Origin: Marsupella aquatica
Taxonomy: Eukaryota; Plantae; Marchantiophyta
DNA length: 64,000 nucleotides
NCBI GenBank assembly: GCA_973895155.1
Contig: OZ316895.1
Span: 21,960,558-22,024,557 of the forward strand
Direction: 5' to 3'
Shown here: in pieces, positions 25,218 through 38,757 of the stretch
How the letters are laid out: each line of letters begins with the position of its first letter
How positions within the stretch are numbered: the stretch's first letter is position 1
Position numbers and translations under genes: made by a program
Notes under the pieces: generated by a model
Databases searched by the model: none
What the model saw: only the letters and a program-made list of their open reading frames with translations
What the model was told of the DNA's origin: nothing

Positions 25218-25850
25218 CCTCAAAAATTGATGGACCCTACTTAACTAAAGTAGTTAAAGTTACAGACAGAAAAAGTTAATATCATCAAATTAGCCAGGGG
25301 TCTCAGATTTCAAAATTTGATGGCCAGAGAGGTATGACTGAGTGTTAGCACTTGAGTGGAGACTGATAGGTGTTGGGTTAGTGTTCCCTTTCTATGGGTT
25401 TCACGGATTTCTCCTAAAAAAAATTATTAATATATACAGTAGTTAAGGGTTGTCATGGGGTTCCAAAACTCAAAAATTGGATGGACCTTAATCAGTTAAA
25501 GTAGTTAAGGCTACATACCAAAAAATTGTCATCAAATTAGGGGTCTCAAATATCAAAATTGATGGACCCAAAACTATTTAAAGTAGTTAAGGTTACAAAC
25601 AGAAAAATTTATCATCAAATTAGGGGGTCTCAAATATCAAAATTTGATGGACCATAATTAGTTAAAGTAGTTAAGGTTACAGACAGAAAAATTATCATCA
25701 AATTAGCGGGTCTGAAACGTTAAAGTACTTAAGGTTACGGACAGAACAAGTTATCATCAAATTAGGGGGCCTCAAACCTCAAAATGTGATGCATCCCAAC
25801 TAGTTAAAGTACTTAAGGTTACGGACAGAACAAGTTATCATCAAATTAGG
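25215..25850. repeat. ~78-bp tandem array related to a MITE terminus
   Basis: Repeated aaagtagttaaggttacagacagaaaaattatcatcaaattaggggtctcaaa..tcaaaatttgatggacc. Confidence 0.85.
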
Positions 25851-26098
25851 GGTCTCAAACCTCAAAATTTGATGGACCTTAACTTAGTAGTTAAGGTTAT
25901 GAACAGAAAAACATTTTTAACTACCAAATCCATGATCCATAAATTTTTTGTCATGAGGATTGGTCATATGCCATGACCTTGGCCATTGATGACCATAGGT
26001 CCCTATAGAGGCTACAGCAAAAAGAACTAATTACATAACCTTGTGAAAAAGCTATGGCAAAAAGCCATATTTTCTAAGTATGACGTTTTGAGACACCC
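25849..26098. mobile_element. Tourist-like MITE (family also at 50288-50569 and 50636-50877)
   Basis: Ends GGGGTCTCAAA ... TTTGAGACACCC with TTA/TA flanks; interior is similar in inverted orientation to the 50.3-50.9 kb copies. Confidence 0.65.
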
Positions 26099-28755
26099 TA
26101 TTAATGCCCTTTCTGGATAGACTCTTCATAATGGTCTCCTTGAGAGTGTCTTCTAGACCAGGTTGTCATGAGCTCTGCCCTTCGTGATTTAGGGTTTACA
26201 TTTTCTCTTTGTAAATGTCTCCTTGAATTTGTCTTCACAACCAGGGTTGTCATAAACTTAATGACCTTCCTGATTTTTCTGTTTGTAAATTCATGGAAAA
26301 GAATGCAGGTCAATTGTTGATATTAATTAACGGTGTATCCATGTGCCATTTAAACCAATGAGACTTTATTCAGTTATTTCTTTTGGGTTTTCATGATGTT
26401 GTTTCTGTGTTACTCTAGTACATTAGCAACGTAAGGTGCATCCTTACCACCCTCCCAACCCTAAAAGAAAAGGGTCTCCTTAAGATTCCAAGAGTAAGTG
26501 ATTTCTTTTTTGTGTTTTGTGAGAGAGTTGTTCAAAGTGGTGGATATCTCCAAGGTACCAGAAAAATATATGGGACCCATCTAATATTGACTCATAAATG
26601 TTACATATTAAAACTTGTTCCCTTTACTTTCCTCTAGGGCTTTAGTGAAGATTTTTGCAATATTTAGCCAATTAAAAAATCAGTGGCAACAAAAGTTAGT
26701 ATTGTAGTGTCATCCTGGCTTGTGCAAAAACAAATTGTTAAGATTTTATGTCTAGCTAACAAATATTTTAGAGTGCTTGTGAACCATACCAATTTAAGAA
26801 TGTTAAGAGCATTTTGCTGTAAACATTGACTTTTCAATGTCTGCATTGTTTTTAAATTAAAAAGTAAAAAAACAGTAGAATATGTATTAGTTTCCTGACA
26901 ATTATTAAGGACCCCACTAGAGGTCCCTTCCAAACTTCCTGGCACCATAGCGCGCCACGTCAACAATAACCGTAACAAACAAGACTCATCAGTTTTGTGA
27001 ATCAAACTTATAATTTTCATTCGTGTTTGTGTCAATTTGGGTGTAAATTTTGGGACGCCATGCCGTAAAACGAAAAGTAAAAAATTAGAAATGCAAAGAG
27101 CAAGACGGTTAAAACTGTCACTATGTAACCATTTTAGTTACATTTCCAATTTTAAAACTTAAATTCAAAGATTTAAAAAATATTTTTCACATAACAAATA
27201 ATGACTAATAGCTAACTTGATAACTTCCTTGTTAAAGGGTAATTGGCACCTGGTGTAAGAATTTCGGCCCTTTGCAATTTGTAGAGGTTAACTCAGTCTT
27301 GGATTGAACTATGGTTAGTATGTTAACTAGGGTTAGAGTAAACCCTAGTTGAAGAGTTGGTCCTTATCTCTTCAACTTCTATGTGGTGTGAGAACACACA
27401 AGAGAGTTCTCAAGAGAGAACACAGTGATATAGCAAGAGATGAGAGCTATGGTGATGCTTGAGTAGACACATAATCATTAATAAAACTTGGTCTTCCCGT
27501 GGACGTAGCCAACCTTGAGGCGAACCACGTAACTATTGAGCACGTGTATGTTCAAAGTGTTTTTCCTGATCTGATTTCTCCCCACAATTGGTATCAGAGC
27601 TCAGATTTTTTCAGTCGATTAAGAACTCCATAGAACTTGCTTCAAGCAAAGCGAACAACGGATGATTTCCTCTTCGAGGCGGAGCAATTGAAAGAAGATT
27701 GGACTCAATCTTCTCACAAGTGTGGAGCACACAACCAGGGGCTCATTTCAGTGAAGCGATGAAGGCTTGAGGTCAGAAACGGAAACAATTGTAAGTGACG
27801 GTTTCAATTTACGTTATCGGGCAAGAGATAAGGTCAATTTCTCAGATCAGTCTTTTTGATTGTTCTATCGGGACTTGAAACTGAGATACGCTTGAGCGCC
27901 TTGTCTTTCTAGACGTTTTGATATCAACATCATTGAATTCCGTCAAACGATTGAGAAGCAATCTTAATTTCAATTCTCGTTTTTTGAGCTCAAAATTTTG
28001 GCTATGGCGGATAACTTAATATCAGTCACTTTCACCGAATTGTTTCTCCCTCATTACTCCACCGTTTTGCGAGTTCTTTATATCAATCTTGATGCCCTCG
28101 AAGTCTAGTTTATGAATCTGAAATCAGAATTGGATTTCGTCAAAAACTGAGACGGGAATTTGAGTGAATCCTCCGAGGGGTACTTTCTGCCGCGAGTAGT
28201 CACGACTTCCGCGGACGCGCGACGAGGTCGAAAACTTTGAGGAGGCCTTTTAGGGCTCGACAGGGCTCGGGCAGGGGGAAGTGCCCCCTATGAAGTCCCC
28301 CATAGGGGCTGTACAAGGGCGGACAGAATTTCCCAAAAAGATTCTTTTCCAGAGGCTTAAATGTTTACAGAAGGTCAAAGATTCCGAGCGGCAAATAAAA
28401 TCGGATCAACTTCAACTTTTGGAGAGGCGTACTTGGGGAAGCTAGGCAAGTATTGGTGCGTTCAATTCTGAAAAAGTATACTAGTGGAATCTTTGGCATA
28501 AGAGATTCCCTCTAGGGGTAATTATTTCATCTTTTACCCCCCTCCGGTCGGAGTAAAAATTCTCGGCACTCGAGAGTCCATTTGACAAACCGTTTTCAGA
28601 ATTTGGAGCGTTACCTTGTGGGCTACACATAAGAGTGATCAGTTTCAAAATTCACCAACTTTCATTTTTGGCCTTATTTTCACACCCCACATCTGAGCAT
28701 TCGACGTTTAATTCTTGTCGGAAGACGACTCCACACTACATTTGGCATTCCAGCA

Positions 28756-31700
28756 ATGGCGACTACTAGGATTGGAGGTCAAAGGTTTGAGGTGGAAAAA
28801 TTTGATGGTCAGATGGACTATACAATGTGGGAACGTAACGTGAGGGATGCACTTAGGGCGATGGGCCTAGGCAAGGTACTAAGATCTCAACCCAAGGAGA
28901 TGGAAGATGATGATTGGGCATGATCTCCAGGATCAAGCGGTAAGTATTGTTGGCATGTACATGAAAAACAATGTGAAGAAGCAGTTCGAGGAAAAAGCAA
29001 CACAAACGGTGATGGACTTGTTTCAAGCATTGCGCAACAAGTACTACAAGAAGAAGATGTCAAACCGAATGTATGCAAGCCTGAAGCTCATGCAATTCAA
29101 AATGGCTGATAGAGTCAAGATTCAAGATCATATCGATCAGTTCAATGATCTTGTGGTTGACCTAGAGAATTTGGGGGAGCATTTGAGCAAAGAAAAGAAA
29201 GCCTTACAACTCTTGAGCACTACCACCTTCGTACCAATCTTTGTCTCGAGTTCTTCTATTCCGTGATAAGACAACTATATCCTACAATGATGTGGTGAGT
29301 GCCCTGTTGACCGATGACATGCAGTCTAAGCTGGTTTCTTCAGCTCATCCTACCTCAACCTCATCATCAACAGCACTGTTGGTAGAAAGAGGCAAATCAA
29401 GGGAGCCATCTCATGAAAACAAAAGGTTTAACCCACTTCCCATGGATTGAGGAAGGTTCCACGATCGATCTTTTGATAGGAGGAGGTTTAGATCCAGATC
29501 TAGATCTCGATCCAAATCACCATCCAAGTCTACTCGTGAGATAAAGTGTTGGAAGTGTGACAAAGTGGGCCACATGAAGAAGGATTGTCGCGTCAAAGAC
29601 ACATTCAAGGAAGTTGCCGGTTCTTCAGCCCAAGTAGTTGTTCGAGAAGAGGATAGTGAAGGATTTGCATTGTGTACCACTTCCCAAGTTGAGGATTGTC
29701 AATGGATCTTGGATTTTGCTTGCTCATATCACATGTGCTATATGTGTGAACTTTTCTCATCCTACACTCCTATCAACGGATCTGTTTTGATGGGAAATAA
29801 TCATTCTTGCAAAGTTTTAGGGATTGGATCCATAAAGATTCAATTACCCGGTGGCAAGTACTGTACTCTATCAAATGTCAGACACATTCCATAAATGTGT
29901 AAGAATTTGATTTCTCTTGGCTACTTGGATGCGAAGGGTTATCAATGGAGTGCAACTGATGGGGTGTTAACAATCACGCATGGATCAACTGAAGTTCTTA
30001 TTGGCAAGAGGAAAAGAAACATCTATGTCTTGGAAGGCACCACCCTTCTTGCCGAAGTCAATTTGGTCACATCTCAGGAGGAGAAAATCAATTTATGGCA
30101 TGCTCGGCTTGGTCACATGAGTGAAAAAAGTTTGGAAATCTTACACAAGCGACATCTCCTACTAGGATTGCAAGCATGCAAGTTGAGTTTTTGTGATCAT
30201 TGTATTGTCGGCAAGAAAACAAGAACTCCATTTCTGACTGCCATTCATCATTCTAAAGTTGTACTTGAGTATATTCATTCCGATGTGTGGGGTCCTGCTC
30301 CGGTTTCCTCACATTCAGGCAAACAATACTATGTATCGTTTATCGATGATTATTCAAGGTTTGTTTGGATTTATTTCATTGCCCATAAGTTTGAAGTGCT
30401 TTCCATCTTCAAACAATGGGTAGCTCAAGTTGAGACACAGACTGCAAAGAATGTGAGATATCTACGATCAGATAATGGTGGTGAATACACCCGTGGCAAG
30501 TTCAACACGTATTGTGCAAATAAGGGAATTACTCACCATCTCACAACTGTGTACATTCCTGAGCAAAATGGTGTTGCTGAGCGACTCAACCGCACATTGT
30601 TGGAGCGAGCAAAGAGCATGTTGAGCCACTCTAAATTGCCACAAATCTTTTGGGCGGAAGTTGTCAACATAGCTGCTTATCTAGTAAATTTCTCTCCTAG
30701 TCGGGCAATTACTTACAAAACCCCCTTTGAGCTATGGCATAATTGACCTGCTGATTATTCAAAGCTTAAGGTTTTTGGCTGTGAAGCATATGCACATGTT
30801 CCTAGCAACAATAGGACTAAGCTAGATCCTAGAGCCCAAAAATGCATTTTTCTTGGTTATCAGCCCCTGGGCCCTCACTCTTTGTATATTATACAATCAT
30901 ACTTGTGAGCCTCCCCTACAAGGTACCCCTTCTTATTAATTTTTCTCCTATAGAGATTATCCTTGTTTTTTATAAAAACCAAAAATTTCCTCTTATTAAA
31001 GTATCTTCAGTGTATTACAAAAGGGAGTTTTGGGCAATAATAATTATCCTTCATATATTACAATTTCACTCCACACACCCGGTCCATCCCCCTAGGATCG
31101 CCCCCAATCCTCCCTTCAAATTTTTTTTGGCTTAGCATTGCTGCCAGTATTACTATTTTAATCTATGAAGGAGATATGGATATTGTAAGGATAATACACG
31201 TGTACCAATTATAATTTGACACGTGTACCAACAATATAATGTCGCGTGTTGCTACCTATTGATTTACCCTTTCGCAAAAGTAAGAAGGATGTCATTTCAA
31301 GGGATCTTGCAAAATTATAAGGTGGTTTCGGTATATATGCGGAGGTTGCGGAATTGTAAGCGAATTATAAAATTTACCGCCGAAGGGATAAAAATGACCC
31401 TTGAATGGTCCTCACGTCCTCCCCGTATTAGAAAGGAGTGGGGGCCCAGGGTTATCAGTATGACGTTAAAGGATATTGATTGTGGGATCTAGTTGATTGC
31501 AAGTTACTTGTTAGTCGGGATGTATCCTTCAATGAAGACAAATCATTGAAGGAGGGGGAGATAGGTCAATTCCCTACTACTAACAACGAGCAATCTCCTC
31601 CTCTAGAGGATTTAAGGGGAGAGGATGTGTCAAATGAAGAATATGTTGACACTACTGTAAGGCAAAGCGCACTACAATCAGATCAGCCAGAGTCTTCAGT

Positions 31701-33384
31701 GCGAAGAGGAACTCGTAAACGTCAAGCCCGGAAAAGGTATGGAACTTGGCTTCCTTCTGATCATGTGGATTTGGATGAAGAATCTATTGATGCATTGGTG
31801 ACAGAAGATGAAGATCCATCCTTATTTTGAGAGGTCCTAGCTTCTATGGAGAAGCAACAGTGGCAGGCAGCAATGCGCATGGAAATGAAATCACTTCATG
31901 ATAACAAGACTTGGGAATTCACAAGTCTACCTAGTGACAAGCAGGTTGTTGACAGCAAGTGGGTGTATAGGAAGAAAGATGGACCCACGGAGGATGCTGA
32001 GAAGATATTTAAGGCTCGGTTGGTAGCCAAGGGTTTTACTCAACAGAAAAATATAGACTATAATGAGGTTTTTTCACTCGTAGCAAAGTATTCAACAATA
32101 CGTGTGCTATGTGCCTTTGTAGTTTTATTTGATATGGTTTTAGATCAAATGGATGTTGTCACGACATTCTTATATGGTCGTTGGGGTGAGGTGATTTACA
32201 TGAGGCAACCAGAGGGTTTTGTGCAAAAGGGCAAGGAAAATTTGGTATGCAAGTTGCTAAAATCCTTGTATGGATTAAAGCAGAGCCCAAGGCAGTGAAA
32301 CAAGCGTTTTGATGAATTTTTGAAATCGCTTGGATTTGTGCGAAGCGTGTACGATCCATGTGTTTACATCAGGCGTGTGAACAACACAGGTTTTAAGCTT
32401 GTCATCCTTGTACTTTATGTGGATGACATGCTCATTGCAGCACAGGATAGGGGCGAAGTTGATAAGCTTAAGGCCCAACTCAATTCTGAGTTTAAGATGA
32501 AGGATTTGGGCACAGCCAAGAGGATCCTAGGCATGGAGATTGTCAGGGATGTTAACAAAGCCAAACTTTGGCTGACGCAGAAAAGATATGCAGAGAAGGT
32601 ACTCTCAAAATTCAACATAGCAGATGCTAAGGCTGTGAGTGTTCCTTTGGCAAGGCATTTCATTATTTCTGCAGCATTTTGTCCATCGGATGCGACAGAA
32701 AAAAGTTTGATGTCCAAAGTTCCTTATGAAAGTGCTGTGGGTAGTTTAATGTATCTCATGGTATGCACCTGACCAGACATAGCTTATGCCGTTAGCAAGG
32801 TAAGCAGATACATGGCAAATCCAGGAAAAGTTCATTGGGAAGCAGTGAAATGGATTTTGCGCTACATCAGAGGTTCCACTAAGAAGGGTTTATTGTTTGA
32901 TGCAAGTTCAAACAATATGAAAGTGCTTCAAGGTTATGTGGATGGAGACTACGCAGGTGATTTGGATAAGAGGAGATCAACAACTGGATATGTATTTACA
33001 CTTGCTGGTGGATGCATTAGTTGGAAGTCTACTCTCCAAAAGTGTGTTGCAAAGTCTACTATGGATGCCAAGTATGTAGCGGCAGCAGAAGCAACATCAG
33101 AGACCATTTGGTTAAAAAAGCTTGTCACGGAGATGGGCTTATCACAAGATTGTGTCTATCTTCATTGTGACAGTCAAAGTGCAATTTACACTGCCAAGAA
33201 TCAGGTGATGGATGGTAGGGTAAAGCACATTGATGTCCGCTATCATTTCATCCGACAGGCATTATCGGATGATGAGTTTGAGCTTGTCAAGATTGATGGA
33301 AAGCTTAATCCAGCGGATGCTTTTACCAAAGTATTAGACTCCAATAGTTTTTCAAGGCATTGTAATTATTTACAAATATTGTAA
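28756..33384 (+). pseudogene. Copia gag-pol polyprotein with frameshifts, stops and a MITE insertion
   Basis: gag EKFDG..WE, zinc knuckle CWKCDKVGHMKKDC, protease WILDFACSYH, integrase WHARLGH/HSDVWGP/RSDNGGEY/QNGVAER, RT KARLVAKGF/LYGLKQSPR/LYVDDML, RNase H DGDYAG/KHIDVRYHF. In-frame stops near 29892, 30744, 31828, 32296 and 32770. Confidence 0.95.
30864..31450. mobile_element. ~590-bp MITE inserted in the copia pol region
   Basis: TIRs CCCCTGGGCCCTCACTC / GAGTGGGGGCCCAGG. Target duplication (G)GTTATCAG (8-9 bp) on both sides. Removing it restores KCIFLGYQYDVKGY. Confidence 0.9.
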
Positions 33385-35356
33385 ATATAGAGTTAACCAA
33401 GAAATGTCTCTATATGAGTACTCCATCCGATGGTTTATCAGCTACGGCTTAGTTCTAGTTAACCCTTGCATTAGGGGGAGGGTCTTTTGGCCCTACTGTC
33501 TTGAACTTCCCACAGAGGAACTTGTAAGGAAAAGACAATGTTATGAACCCTCCCAAGACGTGAATCAAGGGGGAGTTTGTAGAGGTTAACTCAGTCTTGG
33601 GTTGAACTATGGTTAGTATGTTAACTAGGGTTAGAGTAAACCCTAGTTGAAGAGTTGGTCCTTATCTCTTCAACTTCTATGTGGTGTGAGAACACACAAG
33701 AGAGTTCTCAAGAGAGAACACAGTGATATAGCAAGAGATGAGAGCTTGAAGAGATAAGAGCTATGGTGATGCTTGAGTAGACACATAACTATTAATAAAG
33801 CTTGGTCTTCCCGTGGACGTAGCCAACCTTGAGGCGAACCACGTAACTATTGAGCACGTGTATGTTCAAAGTGTTTTTCCTGATCTGATTTCTCCCCACA
33901 CAATTAAGGTATACTGCTACCCATGGTCCGAACTTGAACTTAATGAACTGATACAATTCATTTGATCAGACATTTATCTAATTGCAAATGGACTTGCCAA
34001 GGATTGAATTCTGACTCATACTTTGAGAATTTGGTAGCATGTAATGAAAAGGCCTGATTTTGACAGCTGCTTGTGATAACCATGCTGTCAATTAGCCAAG
34101 GGGTCCATGAACTAATTAAAGGATACATAAATAGGAAGTACACACTTTACTTACTTTAAGTAAAACTAGAGCAGAAGTTTCCTAATGCCTTGATCTTGGA
34201 GTAGGCATTCTTCTCCACTAGTCCTATGCTCCAACTTTGCTCTTAAACAGGTGGTGAGTATCAATGTGCCTCTTTCCAGTTCTGTAAGCCCATATCCCAT
34301 CTTTTAATCACGCTTTATTAGATAGACTAGCCTCACTGTTTGCTGTCTTTTAACTACTTCAGGTTCAATTGTTTTCCAATGAATTCTCACATTTCCCTGT
34401 GTACAGCCCACACCATCAACTTTAATTATTCCCCCATAGTCATGGTTTAAAGGTCTCACTCACTCTAGAGAGTAGATCCTAAATGATGATTTCACATATT
34501 AAGCTCATATAGTCAGATAACAACAAAAATAAAAACACTGAGAAAAACCATTAAGTGAATTAAGCTGTAATAATACCCACTAATTGATGAGTAGTTTGTC
34601 CTTTGAACCCTAGCTGACTATGCCCTTCACTCTCGAGAGTGGGTCCTGAATAATGAACCACTATAGGATATAAACTCACCAAAAGGTGCCTTGGTCCATT
34701 TACCAAATAAACTTTTGGAGGGAATTCTTGACAATCTTCATTTGGGCCGTGGGATTACTTGAAAACAGGATAGGCTACAAACTTAAGCAATTGTATGGAA
34801 TTACTTGTCCAAAGTGCACCTAATACAAATCACATGAGTAAATGTGGTACAGGTGTGTAAGGCATACATTTATAGCCTACACTCCATCATCAGTGGTTAG
34901 GACAACCAGGGGAGAGAAAGAAAGACGAGCAAGGAAGTATTTTCTCCCCATTTGTGAATAGGTTTACCTGTTTCCAGTTTTTCAGGAGGCGGGGAAGCAA
35001 TATCTTTGGTGGGCGGGAGAGTTGCTCTTATTTTGTTTTTCGGTAGGTAATATATGATTTCTGGTTCCTTGTTGTGTGGTGTGACTTTTTCTCCTTTTGA
35101 GGAAAGAGGCGCAAGTTATTTAAATGTGTTGGTGTAATGAAATCTAAGCTACCAATGTAAAAATTGGCAAGAAAGAAAATAAAAAAACATAATCAAGCTC
35201 AATAGCAACTTCTGCGCATGGATGGGACAGAAGTGACATAATCTTTTCCACAATGACGTTGTCTCTGCAAACATATTTAATTCGCACCACTATATCTTTT
35301 GGGCAACAACATCTTCTCCACAAATTACATCCTATACACAATGATATATTTACATA

Positions 35357-37577
35357 CCCCACTAGAGGTCCCTTCCAAAATTCCTGGCACCAGAGCGTGC
35401 CGCGTCAACAACAACCGCAACAAGCAAGACTCATCGGTTTTGTGAATCAAACTTACATTTTTCATTCGTGTTTGTGTCAATTTGGGTGTAAATTTTGGGA
35501 CGCCATGCCATAAAAAGAAATGTAAAAATTTAGAAATGTAAAGAGCAAGACGGGTAAAACTGTCACTATGTAACCGTTTTAGTTACGTATCCAATTTTAA
35601 AAATTAAATTCAAAGATTTGAAAAGTATTTTTCATATAATAAACAATGACTAATAACTAACTTGATAACTTCCTTGTCAATGGGTAACTAGCACATGGAG
35701 TAAGATTTCCAGCCTTTTGCAATTCAGGCAAACTGCCATGGTCGAAACTTGAAGTCAATGAATTGATACAATTCATTTGATCAGACATTGATCTGGTTTC
35801 AAATGGACTTGCCACAAATGGACTATTGAGTCTCTTGAGAATTTGGTTGCATGTAGCGAAAAGGCCTGATTTGACAACTGCTTGTGATAGATCACGTTGT
35901 GGACTTCGGCCTGCAAAGCAATGTATTCATGTGGCAATTGAAAAAATGTCAAACTGCTCAGGCCATCGCTGAATGGGTCCACAATGATTTTGTGAGAAAA
36001 TCTATCCTACTTGTTCAACACAACATGACTACCAGCTTCTCTTCCTAATCAAACTTCTCTCTTCTCAAAGCTAACTTTGCCCTTCTCCATTTGGTGAATA
36101 GCTGCGTCAAGGGCATGAGACTATTAACCTCTAATTCAAAATTAATCCGTGGACCCCCATGTTCATCCAAGGAATGTGCGTGTGATTAAGTGAAATCAAT
36201 TTTCATCAAGGCGGTAACTAACAATTTTGAGTCTCCCGATGGTGTTGGTGTGTGCTCGTACAAAAACAAATGCTCAAAAGATAGAGATTTATCAAACGGA
36301 AGGTTGAATGTGGAGGAATTGAGTTTTCTTATAGGTTTTGCTTACACATTGGAGAAATCATCTTTCAACCATTTGTTGATTGATTGTTTGTGAGTTACAT
36401 TGAGCATTACCGCCACAAGACAGACTGGAGCACAACACTCAACTATTGACAAAAGAGAGCTTGTCGATTTGGTGGGAAGAACACACAAAACGAACGAGCC
36501 ATCATTTCAAACAAAGGATTTGTAGTTATTTTTAAGAAAGCTATGGTGTGAAGGGAAGACCAACAATTGTTTCTTTGACATAGAGGCTGCATTTGGCGTC
36601 AACCTGTGTTTTCAGTTGAAGACTATCTAAGAGATGCAAACAATTCAAGCCGGGAAGCAAGCATTGTGGACCAGCGATGATGACATAATCAAAGAAATCA
36701 ATTTGTAGCGGCTAAGTTTGTGACGGTGACGAGATTGTGATATCTCTTAATCGAGAAAGGGTTTCCAATGAGCCTCAAATTGACAAATTTTGTCAAGTTC
36801 CACATGAGTTTTTGAATTTCTTTGCCTTTCTAATGAGTGTGAGTATAATAAATTTTGATCATGAGTTCATGAATTCTTTTAGCTTTCTAAAATTGAGTCC
36901 GACATCGACAAATTCATGTCAGATGTTGTCACGGTACTCAAGAGATCTGGAGATTTTCAATCTCTTTAGCTTTCTAATGTGTGATATTGAGATTATTTGT
37001 CAAGAAATAGAGAGATCATGAGTATCTAAATTTCTCTAGCTTTCCAATGAACCTAACATTGATAGATTTTGTCAAGTACTAAGGAGATGAGTTTTTAATT
37101 TTACTCTAACTTTCTAATGAGTGTGACATTGAGAGATTTTATCACGACATTACTAAAGAGATCATGAGTTTCTAAATCTTGATCTTGAATTTTCCAATGA
37201 ATCAAACATTGGCAGATTTTATCAAGTACTAAGGAGATTTATTATTTAGTTTTACAATGTGAAGCCAAAGGGATTTTAACTATGTACATTTACAATTAAA
37301 AAATACAAACATTTTGATATAAAACACTTATATATCTTTGACAAACATCAAAATGGTAACTTTGTTTTACTAAATGACATCTCTTCCTTTGTATTTTGGT
37401 TTTTTTTACGTTTAATATTTACGGCATGGCGCCCCAAAAATTACATTGCTTTTGCCACAAACAGGAATGTGCACGTTTGTTATTGCTAAAAGTAGGATCA
37501 TTCGTGTTTGTGACTGGTTGTGGTGATGTGGCGCAACCTCATGGCAGAGAATTTGCAAAAGACCCCTAATGGGGTCC
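35357..37577. mobile_element. Non-autonomous element with long imperfect TIRs; a second copy of its left arm (26909-27279 plus 33901-34100) is the copia target
   Basis: cccactagaggtcccttccaaa.ttcctggcacc.. at 26912 and 35358 is collinear over several hundred bp. An inverted copy ending gcaaaagacccctaatggggtcc lies at ~37350-37577. Confidence 0.65.
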
Positions 37578-38757
37578 ATAATTAGTCAAAGTCAGACTTC
37601 AGTGAAATCTCCAGAATTTCCAATTATTTGAAAATACATTGACAAATCTCTACAAATTAACAAGGCTCAACTACTAGAAAGCTTAGGGTTCGTTGTTGAG
37701 AAAAGCAGTCTTCTCAATTGATCTTGAGAAAGTAGTTTTCTCAACTCAAAGTGTCCATGGCACTTTAGTGGTCGAATATAGTGTCATCCAATGCCCAAAT
37801 CAACTAACTAAAAAAACTGTGCCTTGGGTTTATTAATGTTCTAAAATTAGCTAAACTATCTCAGATATCTTAAGTGTTTTAATGCCTGCTAGCAGAGCAT
37901 TATGAACCATATTAGCCTCTCAAAACCTAAGCTAAAAGCCTTCATTTTACTGATCATTATGAAGACTATTGCAAAATCACATTTGGATGAGGTAATTTAT
38001 CCTATATTTTCACTAAAATTTGTAAAACTATCTCAGCATAATAACGTGTGTTACCAGATCATTTTGGACCATAATTGACTCACACAACTTGAGCTAAAGC
38101 TAATATCACATACATTATTTTTACTCAAACAAGACCTAAAAGATGTAGCTAGGGGTCCACAAACTAATTTCTGCAACGACATCTTATGTGCAAAGTCATT
38201 TTTCCACACCTGACAACTTTTGTGAAACAATCTTTTTTCCGCATCAACATCTGTGGAGCTACATTTTCTGTGCAATGCATGGTATTTTGCTAATAACTTC
38301 ATATAACCTCTTATAGTTAGTTAGATAACACCAAAAATCAAAAGAGAAAAAATCACTAAGTCCATTAAGCCTTAATAATGCGCAGTAATTTACTGACGAG
38401 CCGCTTGTCCGTCGAACCCTAAGTATGCCCTACCTAGAAAGATGGTGAAGTAGTGCCACTGCTCGAGTCTCGTGGGGTTTTGCTCGTTGAATGCTTTTCC
38501 TCCATTGTTGTGGGGTTTTGGTCGCAAATTCTCTGCACCCTGTAGCTGAGTGCGGGGCGGTGTTTCTGATTTCATGACGAGTAGACATTCGGATTGAAGA
38601 ACAGACAGGAAGCTGGTGAACATCATCCGCTGCCGCATTTTACCGCACCACGAGCTTCGTTTGCTATCGCCTTCTTCACGCCGCCTCAGGTTGCTGAATT
38701 CCGTAGGAGTGTTGTTTTTGAGGAATTGGAATCAGCAGGAACGGGACGCTTGGAAGG

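Larger units (their letters stand above)
27280..33900 (+). mobile_element. Full-length Ty1/copia LTR retrotransposon (disabled)
   Basis: 5' LTR 27280-27586 and 3' LTR 33578-33900, both TG...CA and nearly identical apart from a 16-bp indel. Perfect 5-bp TSD CAATT (27275-27279 and 33901-33905). PBS TGGTATCAGAGC (tRNA-iMet) at 27589-27600. PPT AAGGGGGAG before 33578. Confidence 0.97.

Noticed and set aside
20186-25850. CRISPR-like regularly spaced repeats
   Set aside because: Units are head-to-tail with no unique spacers, there are no cas genes and the context is eukaryotic.
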